A stretch of DNA of 64,000 bases from Lama guanicoe (lineage: Eukaryota): positions 10,406,873 to 10,470,872 of the forward strand of contig MU053881.1 of assembly GCA_013239625.1 (NCBI GenBank). Reading direction: 5' to 3'. A program made the position numbers and the translations under genes. Shown piece after piece: positions 38,150-51,039 of the stretch (position 1 is its first letter; every line of letters starts with the position of its first letter). Under the pieces are notes generated by a model, which was given only the letters and a program-made list of their open reading frames with translations, did no database searches and was not told where the DNA came from.

Positions 38150-38409
38150 GGTTAGGTGAAAAGAGATGTGTGTCACTTGGAAGAAATCTTGCAAATAACA
38201 GCAAGAAAATACATGTAAAGAGTTGAGGAGATAATGCAGACACCAATAAAAGCGCAGAGGTCTCTTTATATAGTAGTAAGGGGAGGCCACTCTAAGAGCT
38301 TCATTGTTGACAGTGTATAAAACTGTACTATTGTACTTTATCTCAAAGTGATGCGGAGCCAGGGAAGGGTTTTAAGCAATAGACAGATTGCGATAAAAGA
38401 CAGAACAGA

Positions 38410-39333
38410 AGATACAACCATCTCATACTCATTAAAATGGCTACCATCAAAACAACAACAACAAAAAGCCCAAAACAAAATCAGAAAACAAGTGTTGGCG
38501 AGGTTATGGAGAAATCAGAACATTTGTGTACTGCTGATGAGGATGTAAAACGGTATAGTCATTGTGGGAAACAGTGTGGAGGTTCCTTAAAAAAAATTAA
38601 AAAGAAAATTTGCATAAGACGCAACAATTCCTCTTCTGGGAACCCAGTCAGCTCTCCATATCCACGGTTTCTGAATCTGTGGATACCAAGGGCTGACTGC
38701 ACTATGCCATTTTATCTAAGGGACTTAAGCACCCAAGGGTTTTGGTACCCAAGGGGTCTTGGCACCAATTCTTCCTGGATACCAAAGAAAAACTATAAAT
38801 CCAAAAGAATGGAAGAGAATGTCTTGAAGAGACATTTGTACACCCATGCTCAAGGCGGCATTATTCACAAAAAGAGCTAAAACGTAGAAGCAACCCAAGT
38901 GTCCACCGAAGGTTAAATGGATAAGCAAAATGTGGGACCTACATATAATGGAATATTAACCAGCCTTAGAAAGGAAAGGAATTCTGTGATATGTTACAAC
39001 ATGGACAAAGCTGGAGGACATTACGCTTAGTGAAATGAGCTAGTCACAAAAAGACAACTGCTGTATAATTCCCCTTCTATGAGGGACTTAGAGTGCACAA
39101 AATCATAGAGATGGAAAATAGGATGGTGGTTTCCAGGGGTATGGGAAAATCTGCAGTTATTTTTTAATAAGCGTTGGTTTTTCAGTTTAATAAGATGAGA
39201 AGAGTTATGGGGTGGATGGTGGGGATGGCTGTACAACAAAGTGAATGTATGTCATAGCACCAAATGGTTCACTTAAAAATGGTTAAGATGGTGAATTTTG
39301 TGATGTGTATTTTAACACAATTTAAAAAAAAAA
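38410..39333 (+). mobile_element. L1MB-like ORF2 end and 3' UTR, interrupted by a MITE
   Basis: CAACCCAAGTGTCCACC...ATGGATAAGCAAAATGTGG; 3' end CACTTAAAAATGGTTAAGATGGTGAATTTT followed by an A tail. Confidence 0.88.
38645..38795. mobile_element. Short MER2-related Tigger MITE
   Basis: CAGTCAGCTCTCCATATCCAC start; CCATTTTATCTAAGGGACTT and GGTTTTGGTACCC shared with the MER2 at 4137-4489. Confidence 0.75.
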
Positions 39334-39545
39334 CAGAAAAAGAAGTGGGTTAGTGGGTAAATTACAAAGCAGACAGACAGGAGGCAGTATTGGGGAGCCC
39401 AAAGCACTTGTGGTTTTTTTAATAGAAGAAACAGTGTGTCTACACTCTCAGCTTTTGTTTTTGTGGCTGTTGTCTTCCTAGCATATTAAATTAGATATAT
39501 TCTAAAAGTGCAATAAAAAAAATCAACCCTGTGGAGAGGAGAGGG

Positions 39546-39550
39546 TGTGC

Positions 39551-39586
<36 letters not shown>
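39546..39586. repeat. (TG)n microsatellite
   Basis: Direct reading. Confidence 0.95.
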
Positions 39587-39587
<1 letters not shown>

Positions 39588-40195
39588 TTTTATGGCAAAA
39601 GTTCAAATAAGAGACTATGATCAAACACAGAAAAATAAATAGTACCATCTTGATATGAAGTGTGTTTCTAGGTCTTTTGTGAATGGTAGTCATATTCTTA
39701 GTCTAGATAAGACCATTGGTATTTGATTAGAACTACAAAGCTGTGAAATGAATGAATATGAATTGGATAACGTCACCCATCAGACATTAATCCAAGCATG
39801 AACTTGAACAAGAATATAACTTTATGCAAAATATGCAGCATGAGGCAAAATACAGTATATTTCATGAATGTGTATTTATAAAAACATGTAGTTTCTGTCA
39901 GTACAGAAGATGCATTTCTTTCTTGGTTTCTTTTCTCACTGGTAAAGTGACATAACACACATCTGTGATTTCAATTGACTTACAGATTCATTTTCTTTAG
40001 ACATTGCTTCATGGTGTATGCTTTGCTTCTAATAATTAGCATTTTGATCTACCAGAAAGTGTATTAATTGTCACCAACAGGCCTATCTGTAATTGAAACA
40101 CAGAACTGGAATATGACATTTTGTTATGATTCTGGCAAGTCTAATTATTGAGACCATAAATATTAAGTAAATAGTTAACAAAATATTTTGATCAT

Positions 40196-40607
40196 GATTA
40201 TGGCATGAATATGTGTATCCCTCCAAAGTTTACGTGTTGAAGCTGGCATCTCCAATGTGGCCGATGGCTGTATTTAGAGATGGGGCCTCTAAGGAAGTAA
40301 TTAACTTCAAATGAGGCTGTAAGGGGAGGGTCCTGATTCCATAGGATTAGTGTCCTTATAGGAAGAAGCACCAGAGCGGGCCCTCTTCCTCTTGTTCACA
40401 CTTACACACCAAGGAGGAAAGGCTGCGTGAGGCCATAATGAGAATCCAGCCATCTACAAGCAGGAGTGTCCTCACCATGAAGTGAAATCAGCTGGTACCT
40501 TGATCTGGGCCTTGTAGCCTCCAGAACTGAGAGAAAATAAGTTTCTATCTTTTCAAACCATGACGTCTATGATATTTTTGTAATGGCAGCCTGAACAGAC
40601 CAATACA
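40196..40607 (+). mobile_element. MLT1A-like MaLR solo LTR
   Basis: GAGATGGGGCCTCTAAGGAAGTAATTAA...GCCTCCAGAACTGAGAGAAAATAAG; ends CAGACCAATACA; TSD ATCAT / ATCAC. Confidence 0.9.
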
Positions 40608-42954
40608 ATCACTCTGCACAAAAACAGAGGCAAATCAAAGAAAGGACACAAAGGAAGACCAAAGAAACAGTGATTTCTGTGGTTAACTCTTAAAATAAAA
40701 CAAGTAAGGAGATAAATTATGTATTCTGTGATCAAGCGAATATGGGACAAAAAATAAAACATTATTACCAATATTGAACCACAAGCTGTGAAAGGAATTC
40801 TTACTAGAAAAGGATTAATTTCCGATGGACCTTCTGCTTCTAATAAGAACAGATGACAGTTATTACATAATACCTCACAGCAAGGTTTTCTCTTTCTGCT
40901 ATTATTTTTCTCCTACTAGTTTCTGATCTCTTTGGGGCCAAAAACTCTATTTGTGCCTGAATTTATATCCACATCTGCACCTATGACTCATAAAGGCTTG
41001 ATGATTGTCCCTGGTTTTCATTTCATAAATATCTACTGATTGATTCATGGCTTTAAAAGCTAGAATATCACACCCTATTTTTTTATTATCTACTCCCTGG
41101 CCTACGTACCTACCAGGCTACTAATTCCTTGAAAGTGGGAAGCGTGCTTTTTCATCATGGAGTAGGTATTCAGTAAATAGCTACTGAGTGTAAATAAATG
41201 ACGTAATAAATCAGACCGAGAACAGGAAGCTGCAAGGCGAGGTAAGAGACTACTTTCCTGAATAGAAAATTAATTGTGGAAAGGTCTCTGCATTTGGAAG
41301 CCGTTGTCATCAGGGACTTCAACAAGGAAGCTCAGAGAAGGCTAAAAACTAACAAACATGCTCGAGGGGACAAAGTTAAAATTCTGTACTGAAAAGGCTT
41401 TGGAACAGAAGAGGTTTTTAGTACATTACAGAACCATATACATGTAAGACAAGATAAATTAACACCGAACTCCAAATTAGGAATACACGTATATATATCA
41501 AAGAAACTCATTGCACTTGTTTCGAAGCATTTGCAAAACAATCATTTCTGCTTAATCTATTTAAAAGTATCTTAAAATGCTAGCGGGTAGGTTGTTATAC
41601 AGTGTAGAGGTCTATAAAGGGTCTGAAAACTACTCTTTCCTTCTCAGTTGTCCAACACACCAAATGCATGACCTTTGCCCATCTCAAAGCATCTAGTCCT
41701 TGAACATATTTCAATCAGGGCCAACTAACAAAGATAAACATAGCCATTAACCTCCGGTTCTGCAGTACTGGGACCAGCTAGTTAAAGACAACAGTAACTG
41801 CAAAACAGTGACACCTCAGACCTCACATCATCAGGTGCTTTAGAAAATTTTCAAGGGCAAATGTACTTAGCACTGAATGTAGGTTTGAATGGAAGTAGCT
41901 TCTCTCTCCTGAGTGGCAGCTCTGAAGAACAGCTAGGAAGCACTGGAATAAAACTTGCATTGTTTTAACCTAGATTTGGACATGCAACATGATGTTAGTA
42001 TTAAGTGGGGAACAGCTTATTTGAAAGGGAAGAAACAAAAGAGTATAAAGAACCACAATGAGAAATGGGAAGTGAATGAAGGAGGGGAAAGGAGGAAGAG
42101 AAAGAAAAGGGCGAAAATCAGGATTCTGTTAGAGTGTGCCAAAGGTCAAATTATGTTTAATACCCTTTCTAATTTTATGAGGTATAAATATGATGATAGT
42201 CATGTCATGACATCATTTAGCCCTAGAATTGAAGGAGTGCTTGGTCATTTAGATAATGGAGCTGAGGATGGTAACAGGATGAAGCGTATAGTGCGGGGTG
42301 ACAGGTTAGTTCTTTCAGGAACATAGTTTTCTTCCTAGCGCTGCATAAAGGATTATTACATTGGCTTTCAGAAGTATCTTGACATTTCCATTAAAATCAT
42401 GATTTTGACAGGTTTATATATTCAGCCCCTTTCATTTGCACGGGGCTGGAACCTGACATTAGAAATCCTCTAACCAAATGCGTTTGAAACATGACGCGAA
42501 CTTGCATATTTATGTGTGCGCACGGTAAACGCGACATGTAAGCCTACAGGGTACATATCAATTTTTAATCGTCCTCACACTTTCTAGTTGTTACTGAATT
42601 GCTCATTACTTTGGTAAGTGTTAGACAATCTACCAAAATGATGAAAAATATCCGAAGAGTTAGGATGAACGTGGTTTGCAATGAATGTTATATTTTGGTA
42701 GCAGCCTGGTTACTGGGATTTAGCAAGTTAAGTATTCTGGGCTTCTCATGCAATTCTTCTTAAGTTGGTGAAGCCATGTATATAATTTTAATACATTATT
42801 AATTCTTTGGAAACCGCTTGGCTTTTATTCTTCAAGGGCTATGTGTTTTGCTTGAAGCCGCTGAATTTCATTTATTCAAAGTCCTCCCCACAGCTTCATT
42901 AACACTTATCAGGTCAAACTGGGCATTTTTTGTTTTTACTGTTGTCAATGCCCT

Positions 42955-43113
42955 AGCTCCTCAGTGAGTGGTTGACGGACCCACAGCACTGGCATCGTGT
43001 GTAAGCCTGTTGGAAATGCAGAGTTTCAGGCCCCACCTCAGACTTGCCTTTTTGCCTTTTAATAGGATGCCTACATATTATTTCCAAGCACATTAAAGTT
43101 TGAGAATTTCTTG
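42955..43113. mobile_element. MER5A-like hAT-Charlie MITE
   Basis: TGTTGGAAATGCAGAGTTTCAGGCCCCACCTCAGAC...GCACATTAAAGTTTGAGAA. Confidence 0.8.
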
Positions 43114-43300
43114 CCTAAGCCATCCTCAGAAAAAAACAAGCCAAAAATTCTAGGATTCTCAATTTTAAAATGATCAACATATTCAGAAATAATCAATTAG
43201 CAAAACTTGCAGCCTTTCATTGGAAGCTTGAAGTTATGTGCAGACCTCTCAAATCCTTGGTAAGTACCTACACCATTTGCACTGCTGTTAGCCCCCTATA

Positions 43301-43607
43301 GCATGAGGAGAGAAATGGGCCCTTGGGTCAAATCAAGCTTGTAGACTATTTTCGACATGGCCTGTAAGCTAAAAATATGATTAACTTTCTTAGCGTTTGA
43401 AAAAGTAAAAAGAAGAATATTTCATGACACATAAACAAATTATGCAAACTTCAAATTTCAGGGTCTATGAAGCTTTAGACAATTTACTTATCATCTCTGG
43501 CAATAAGGACAGCTTTGAGCAGTTGCAACAGAGAGCATATGTTCCACAAAGACAAAAATATTTACTATTTGGCCCTTCAGTTAAAAAGAAAAAAATTGTG
43601 GACCCCT
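43301..43607. mobile_element. MER58B-like hAT-Charlie MITE
   Basis: AAAAGAAGAATATTTCATGACACAT...AAAATATTTACTATTTGGCCCTT...GACCCCT. Confidence 0.8.
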
Positions 43608-43836
43608 ACTATTACAGTGTAGATTTTGTATATGTATAACATATAATACTGGTCAACATGAGGAATAAACAAAATTATTCAATGATCTTTAGAATTTTGG
43701 ATACTCAAGAGAGAAGAATGGAGATACAAATACATAAATCTTGCTTTGAGATGAGTAAACAAAAAAAAATCTCATAGCATAAATCGACATCCATAACATT
43801 TCATGTTGGTAAGTTCTTAGATGATTATACAAGGAC

Positions 43837-44229
43837 ATTTATTTATTTATTTACTGATTTATTTAAAGTATAGTTGATTTACAATGTTGTATTAGTTTCG
43901 GGTGTGCAGCAAAGTGATTCAGTTCTACATTATAAATCTATTCTTTTTTCTAATTTTTTTCAATTGTAAGTTATTACAAGATATTGAATATAGTTCCCTG
44001 TGCTACACAGTAGGTCCTTGTTGGTTCTCTATTTCATATAGAGTAGTGTGCATATGCTAATCTCCAACTCCTAATTTATACCTTTCCCCCCTCCCCGCTT
44101 TGGGAACCGTAAGTTTGTTTTCTATGCCTGTGAGTCTATTTTTGCTTTGTAAATTAGTTCATCGGTATCATTTTTTTTTAGATTCCACATATAAGTGATA
44201 TCAGATGATATTTGTCTTTCTCTGTCTGA
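43837..44229 (-). mobile_element. Cetartiodactyl-type L1 3' end
   Basis: AGTATAGTTGATTTACAATGTTGT...TTCCCTGTGCTACACAGTAGGTCCTTG; TSD TATACAAGGAC (43826-43836) / TACACAAGGAC (44230-44240). Confidence 0.92.
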
Positions 44230-46139
44230 TACACAAGGACTTCAGAGTGATGTTTAAGTCTATGGCATGACTTAGGAGGGTGCCATGCTGGGAAGCCCTG
44301 TGGAAGCAAAACTGACTTCATGTTCACTTGTGTTTTTCAAATTAGGACATTGCTCCTGCCAGATGCTTTTCAGAACCTCTGAAGTTTCTGGTTTGGAGTG
44401 GACTCTTTGATAGTTCCCCCTTCTTTTTTCAGAGTGGACATCCCCAAGCTGCCCACTGCAACAGGTACCTGACTAGTGGTCACACATCCCTTCCGGGACA
44501 TGGTCACAGAAATAACAGAGAGAGAAACTGCTGGTGAATAGCAAATGTCTATCACAAAGTCCGTGAGTTTTACTACAAAGGAAAAAGGGGACAGTCACAG
44601 CTCAGGCTGCTGCAGTTAAAGTCTTGTTAGCAGATTAGAAGAAATTCGCCATCGCCGGGAAAAATGGGGAATTCAGAAGAATTACTGCCAAGGTTATTTA
44701 TGATTTAGGAAAAGGACAGAGGACCTCAAAAACCTAGAAAGGCACTACTCTGATGCGGCAGAATACAATGGTGGCTGTTCATAATGATGGCTCTGAGTCA
44801 TCAAGAAGAGAGACATTTATCTTAGCACTCTCTGTTTAAAATAAGAATAATTTTTTAAAAATGTAATGTTTGACACATTTCAGAAGGATTCCCATCAAAA
44901 TGCTTAGCTTTACTGCTAAAGAGAGATGCTTTAATTATCCGGAACATTTGAATATGTGAACATCTTCGCAGACTGTGCTGGGTAGAGAAGATACCATTAT
45001 TCTACAACAATGCATAGAAATAGCATGTCTGTACTTGTTTTAACACAGCAGAATCAGCAGTCGAGGAAGTGAGATCGTCTCACAAGACAGACCAAAACTA
45101 TCCAGTGAGGCACGTCAACCAATGGTTTACCGATATACTTTTCTCCCTCTATGTTCAAATTTTTATTAATTATTTCTCTCTGCATTTTTGTAAGAAGCAC
45201 ATCCCATACTAGAGAAAGCAAACGCACAAAGCATTAAGACCCACTAAAACAGGTTAAACATATTTTGAAAAGTGAAAAATTTACCCAGAAAGCTTTCCAT
45301 TCACCTATGGGGTCTTTAGCTAGTTCTTCAGCAACGTGCAATATATATCACGTTTATTCAAAGCAGTCGGCTTGAAAATCTGAAAAAGTGGATATTTCAA
45401 TGCTTGCCTCTAAGAAGAAATGTGTTGCACTGCATTCTAGCAATGAGCACCACTTTAGCATTCAGCAAGTGCTTCCTTCATGGGCTGTAACTTGGCTCAT
45501 TCATCAGCCTGAAATGGGCTAATTTAAAATAGTCTAAGAAAGAAACGGGGAGGGAAAAAAAAAAAAGAAAAGCTAATTGTCTGCAAAGAGGTGTTAAGAA
45601 TGAAATAAAAATATAGAAAATGAGGAGTTGAAGAGATATCTTTTTGGGCTGTCGCAGCCCAGCGTCTAAGGATGCGTACCAGTAATTGGTGAAGATGTGT
45701 GGGTATTGAATTGCTCTGTGCACAAAGCCAGTCTGGTGAGTGATAACTCCAATACCGGCTTTGACTTGAGTGGATTAGGTGCTAAGTGGGTTTAACAAAA
45801 TTACCCAGAGCATTACATCATATTCCTCCTACTTCTTGTGACAGAGGCTATTATTTCCCGTGGGACGCTGCTGAAAAATGAAGTGGTCAAGAATATGAAA
45901 GGGGTGAAAGGGTACGGGGATGAGAGTGATGGAGAGAAAAAGGGATCCTCAAGATTAACCCTTGTACTCTGAAACATCCAGAGAGAGGTTCGCCGAAATC
46001 AGAAGCGCCCGGCTTAAAGTTATACCTCAACTGTATTTCCCCTCTGGTGAAGCTGTCAAGGACCGTCCTGAAAACTTGCTACGTGTATATTCGATTTTGG
46101 ACTTGCATAAACACTTGAGATAAATAAGGATCAATAAAA

Positions 46140-46407
46140 ACGGCTCCAACATGGTGACAATAGCTAACAAGACTGGCTTGTATATTTGAAAGTTGCTAAG
46201 AGAGGAGATCCTAAAAGTTCTCATCATAAGGAAAAAAAAATTTGTAACCATGTGAGGTGATTGTTAACCAAAGTCATGGTGGTGATAGTTTCGCAATATA
46301 TACATATATTAAAGCATTATGTTGTACACCTGTTTTAGGTGATTTACACTGGTCTATTTCAATTATATCACAATAAAACTGGGAAAAAATAAAATAAAAT
46401 AAAAATT
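46140..46407 (+). mobile_element. L1MA/L1MB-like 3' end
   Basis: TGTATATTTGAAAGTTGCTAAGAGAG...CAATTATATCACAATAAAACTGGG followed by an A-rich tail. Confidence 0.85.
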
Positions 46408-46737
46408 AGGTTTTCCTTCCCTCCCTCCCTTCCTTCCTCCTTCCCACCCCTTCTCTCTTTCCCTTCCATCTTCTCTTCCTTCCCTTTTTTCCCACCCTGC
46501 TTCTCTTTTTTTTTTTTTTTTCATACCATGGCCAGGCACTGGACCATCACTGAGGACACAGATGTAAACACACAGTACCTGCCCTTAAGCAGCACACCTG
46601 GGTTGTGATAATACAGAAACAAAAAGAAACATGGCATGGCCAGTCCATGTAAGACCTGAAGAAAAAGAAGCTTTCTGCTTTGGAGTTATCCTATCAGCCA
46701 CTGATCCAGCATGTGAGTGCAAAACTGGAAGGACCTA

Positions 46738-47564
46738 GGCTACTGTAACTAGAGCTGCTGTGAACATTGGGTACATGTATCTTTTCAAATCAGAGTGTCA
46801 TCCAGATACATGCCTAGGAGTGGGATAGCTGGACCATATGGTAACTTTATGTTCAGTTTTTTAAAGAAACCTTCGTACTGTTTTGCATAGTGGCTGCACC
46901 AAGCTACATTGTCACCAAGAATGTAGGAGAGCTCCCTTTTCTCCATATCCTCCCCAGCATTCATCATTTGTGGACTTTTTAATGATGGCCATTCTGACAA
47001 TGGAATAGTACTCAGCCATAAAAAATAATAAAACAATGCCATTTGCAGCAACACGGATGGATTTAGAGATTATCACATTAAGTGAAGTAAGTCAGATTGA
47101 GAGAGTCAAATGTCTTATGATATCATTTATATACGGAACCTAAAAATAGATACAAATAGACTTATTTACAAAACAAAAATAGATTCATAGACATAGAAAA
47201 CAAACTTATGGTTACAAGCAGGGAGAGGGGGTAAGGAGGGATAAATTGGGAGTTTGGGATTTGTAGATACTAACCACTATAGATAAAATAAATAAACAAC
47301 AAGGAACTACTGTATAGCACAGGGAACTATACTCAGAATCTTGTAATGGCCTATAATGAAAAAGAAGAAGAAAAGGAATATATATGTGTATATATATATA
47401 CACACACACACACATATATATATACACATGCACACACATATATATGTATATATATAAATGAATCACCATGCTGAATACCTGAAATTAATAAAAAATTATA
47501 TATTGACTACACTTCAATAAGAATAAATAATAAAATAAAACTGCTGTATAAATGTTTTTTAAAA
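46738..47564 (+). mobile_element. 5'-inverted (twin-primed) L1
   Basis: 46738-46998 is antisense ORF2 C-terminus; 46997-47540 is sense ORF2 end, 3' UTR and A-rich tail; TSD-like CTGGAAGGACCTA / CTGAAAGGATCTA. Confidence 0.9.
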
Positions 47565-48032
47565 AACCCTGAAAGGATCTAAAGTACCAAATAGTGGTTG
47601 AATAAATACAAAACCAGCTATGTTAAGATGCTTCTCTCTTAACCAGACAATAGGTTACTTTCCATAGAGAAGTAAAGTGTTAAAAATAAATAATACAAAC
47701 AACTTTTAAATATCCACTAATCAAAATAGGATGCAAAAAAAAAAAGGTCTATCATCTTACCTGACTTAAATCCTTAAACAATTAGCACTTGAATTTGAAG
47801 TTCCACAGCACTTTGCTCATAAATTATTTTTCTTTGTAAAACCCTGCCAGTTACCTTCTAAATAAGAGAGGAGACCTCATGGACCAAAGCCTTACCACGT
47901 GAGGCAACTTGATTTTGGATTTGACTGACTTTCACCCCTTCAAACAAGTGCCTTAAAATAGAGATACTGATTTTTCTTCCTCTAAGAACAGGCAGAAGGT
48001 AAATAGATTCTGAAGCAGAAAACGGAGTGCTT

Positions 48033-48156
48033 CTTTTTGGGGAGAGGAGTAATTAGATTTATTTATTTATTTATTTACTTTTTAATTAAGGTACTGGGGA
48101 TTGAACCCAGGACCTTGTGCATGCACACACTCCGTCTCTGAGCCATACCCTTCCCC
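48033..48156 (-). mobile_element. Camelid tRNA-derived SINE (Vic-1-like)
   Basis: GTAATTAG...(TTTA)n...GGTACTGGGGATTGAACCCAGGACCTTGTGCATGC...CTGAGCCATACCC. Confidence 0.9.
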
Positions 48157-51039
48157 TGAAAGGGCAGGCCTTCTAAAAGAAGTTCTTCTTGCAGGACATC
48201 ACATGCAATTTCACAAGCAGTGAGAAAATGATATATTTCACCCATTTGATTGAAGCATATCCCAATGGCAGGCGGTATTCAGGGGATATGTTTTGTTAAT
48301 GATCAGCTTAGAGTTATTCACATATGAAGTCCGTTTATAATATTACCACATTTGAGTCTGAGATAGTTTTAACTATTTGTGCTCCTTTTGTTTAATCCAT
48401 TCAGCTGGTGCCAGTCTTTCCACAAAACAAACTGTTTTTGTTTTGCAGGGTGACTAAAGAATGATAATTTTAAACAACAAAGTTAGAGTTGAAGAGAAGT
48501 AATAAAATTCTATTCTATAAACTATAGAACTATCAAATCATTTTCTCCTTGAAATCCCTGAATAAATATGATTATAGAAGAGATATCTCTTCCCTGAATG
48601 CTTAGGAGCTCAGATAGAGGTGCAAGATTGGACTGACGAACATCTGGAGACACAGACGTCATACTTTTTTTTTCACACTTTACTCACACATAATGCCTGT
48701 TATGTCTGTGGCTGGCTGGATGCAAAAAACTAAGGTCACTATGTTCAATAGAAAATGATAAATCATAGATCTCTTTTTTAGTCATTGACTTAACAATTGT
48801 GATTGTGATCTCATGTGAACATATTGAGCCTAATAAAATTTTGAAAACTCCTTGAATAACTAAAATTCTCCTCTTTGAAATGAAAAGGAAAAAAGAACCA
48901 ATAAACTACCTTACTTAGAGTAAAACATTGGGAATATCTATAAGAGAATGGAGAAATGGAGAACTGTCTCCAAGCATACTTGCTTAGAATCTGGGAGGTG
49001 AAGTGAGGGCTGAAGCAGGAACTCAAGAATTTAGAGAGGAATTTCATGTTGAGAGGGAATCTAATTTATTAACTTAGTTGTTTTGTTTAAGTAAGATCTT
49101 CAGTTTCAATTAAGGAAAAACTTCTGTTCTTATTTTCAGTCTTAAAAATCAAGCCTGGTCTGCTCTAATGATGGTCTTTCCCTTCTATGTGGGGTGTATG
49201 TGTGTGCAGGCTAGAGAGAATGCAGGTCACACCGAGAGAAAACGTCATCACTAATGGAAGAAGAAATGATTATTAGTGGGAATTCTGCAATACTGGGTCA
49301 GGAACATGCCCCAGAATAGCTTCAGGTTGATGGGGAATACTTCAACTGCCAGCGGTTTAACTCTTACTGACAGAGAGCCCCCAGGGCGAAGCAAGTGATG
49401 AGCGGTGCAAGAAGCAGGCAGAACACAGCTCCGGACAGACGCACCAGCCCTCGTTAAATGTGGAAACCACCCAGATGCATCCATGTATGTCTCAAGCCTG
49501 CACCCAGAGCCCGACCAAACTCAACCATCCTGCAGCACAGACATCAACATCTCTGATATATTTCCTGACAAAAGAAGAAGGATCCTGGATATATCCTTAC
49601 ACCGGAAACATGACCAAACAGAAGTCTTTGGCTTTGGCTGCCTCCTGCTTTCAATTACAGACTTAATGTGCATGTCTTGCTTTGATTCTCAATAAGCTCT
49701 CTAGGAGCTGCAAAATAAAAATGATCTAACACTTTCCTTAATGTTGTTGTGAAAAGCACAGAATACATTTTAACAATTAGAGTTGTGGGGTTTTTCTGAC
49801 AATTCCTGGTAAACCGTAAATGGGAAAACAGAGTTCAAAATGTAATTATGTTTAACAAATCTGTTTTCCTGGGCACGGGAACAATGCATTTTGAATCCTT
49901 TTGTTCCTTGTTTCTCCGTGACAACTTCTCAGTCATGAAGACAATTTGTCCAGTAAGTTATTGATAAATATTCTTATCTCTTTTTAGACGTATTCTATGG
50001 AAAAGATTATAGGGATGTCAAAAACTTTGAAAATAAACCAATAGTCACATTGTTAGTTCACTGAGCCAAGAGCTACGAAAATTTGCCTAGAAATATAAGC
50101 GTAAAAGCATAAACATCAAATCTGGGACATGCCCAAGGCTGAAAGCAATAGAGAAATATCTACCATTAAGACAGTTTTAATGTGACAGTTCGATAAAGCA
50201 GTAGTTAAGAAAGAAGAAGACAAACTCTCTTATCTAGTCAAAGAGATGTTCCAAACTGTTCTTAAAGTGATTAAAAACAAACAAAAAACTAATAAAACCC
50301 AAAAAAAAAAAAAGGCAAAACAACTGGCAAATTTGCTTAGGATCCTTTTCCCAGTGGTGTTTTCAGAGTAAATGAAAAGATTTCAGATCCTTTTCTCTAA
50401 AAAAAAAAAAAAAACTTAGCACTTTTTTTCCCCCAAGAAGAGCACAAGATGGGGTAAAAGGAGGAGGGGACAGAACCATATACATATTAAGAAAAATGTA
50501 TTTAAGGTTGGGTTCACATTCTGGCCCCTTCCTTGTTAATTTCACAGCCTGGACTATTTCCTCCCTCGAAGCCTGTTTTCTCATAGATTGCTTGTTAAAA
50601 CACAGTAGTGTGTGCTCTATAAATAACTGGGGTTATAGTGAAGAATAAAGGACATGATGCATGTTGATCAAGTTTGACACGTGTCTGGAAAACACTATGT
50701 TAACGAGTTAGTTCCACTGTGTTGGAGAGAGCAGTATTTTCACCATAATACTCAACATTTACCAAAGTCCTCACTAAGAGCTGTAGGGAAATATCTTAAG
50801 AAATGAGTTAAAGGACATGGGAACTATACACTGACTCTCACTCTTCTGAGATATTTCAGTTCCCAAAGGTTTATCATAAACTTTGGAGAAAGAAAAAATA
50901 TGGAAGTCTTTACAGATTTATTTGAAGTTTCTCTCTAATCAAGAGGGACGTGTATGCCCAGAACAAACTTTGAAAATGTTACACCTTTGATCTGTAGCCA
51001 TCCAGCTGGATGTCCCAAGTTGAGTCACTCACTCTGTTA

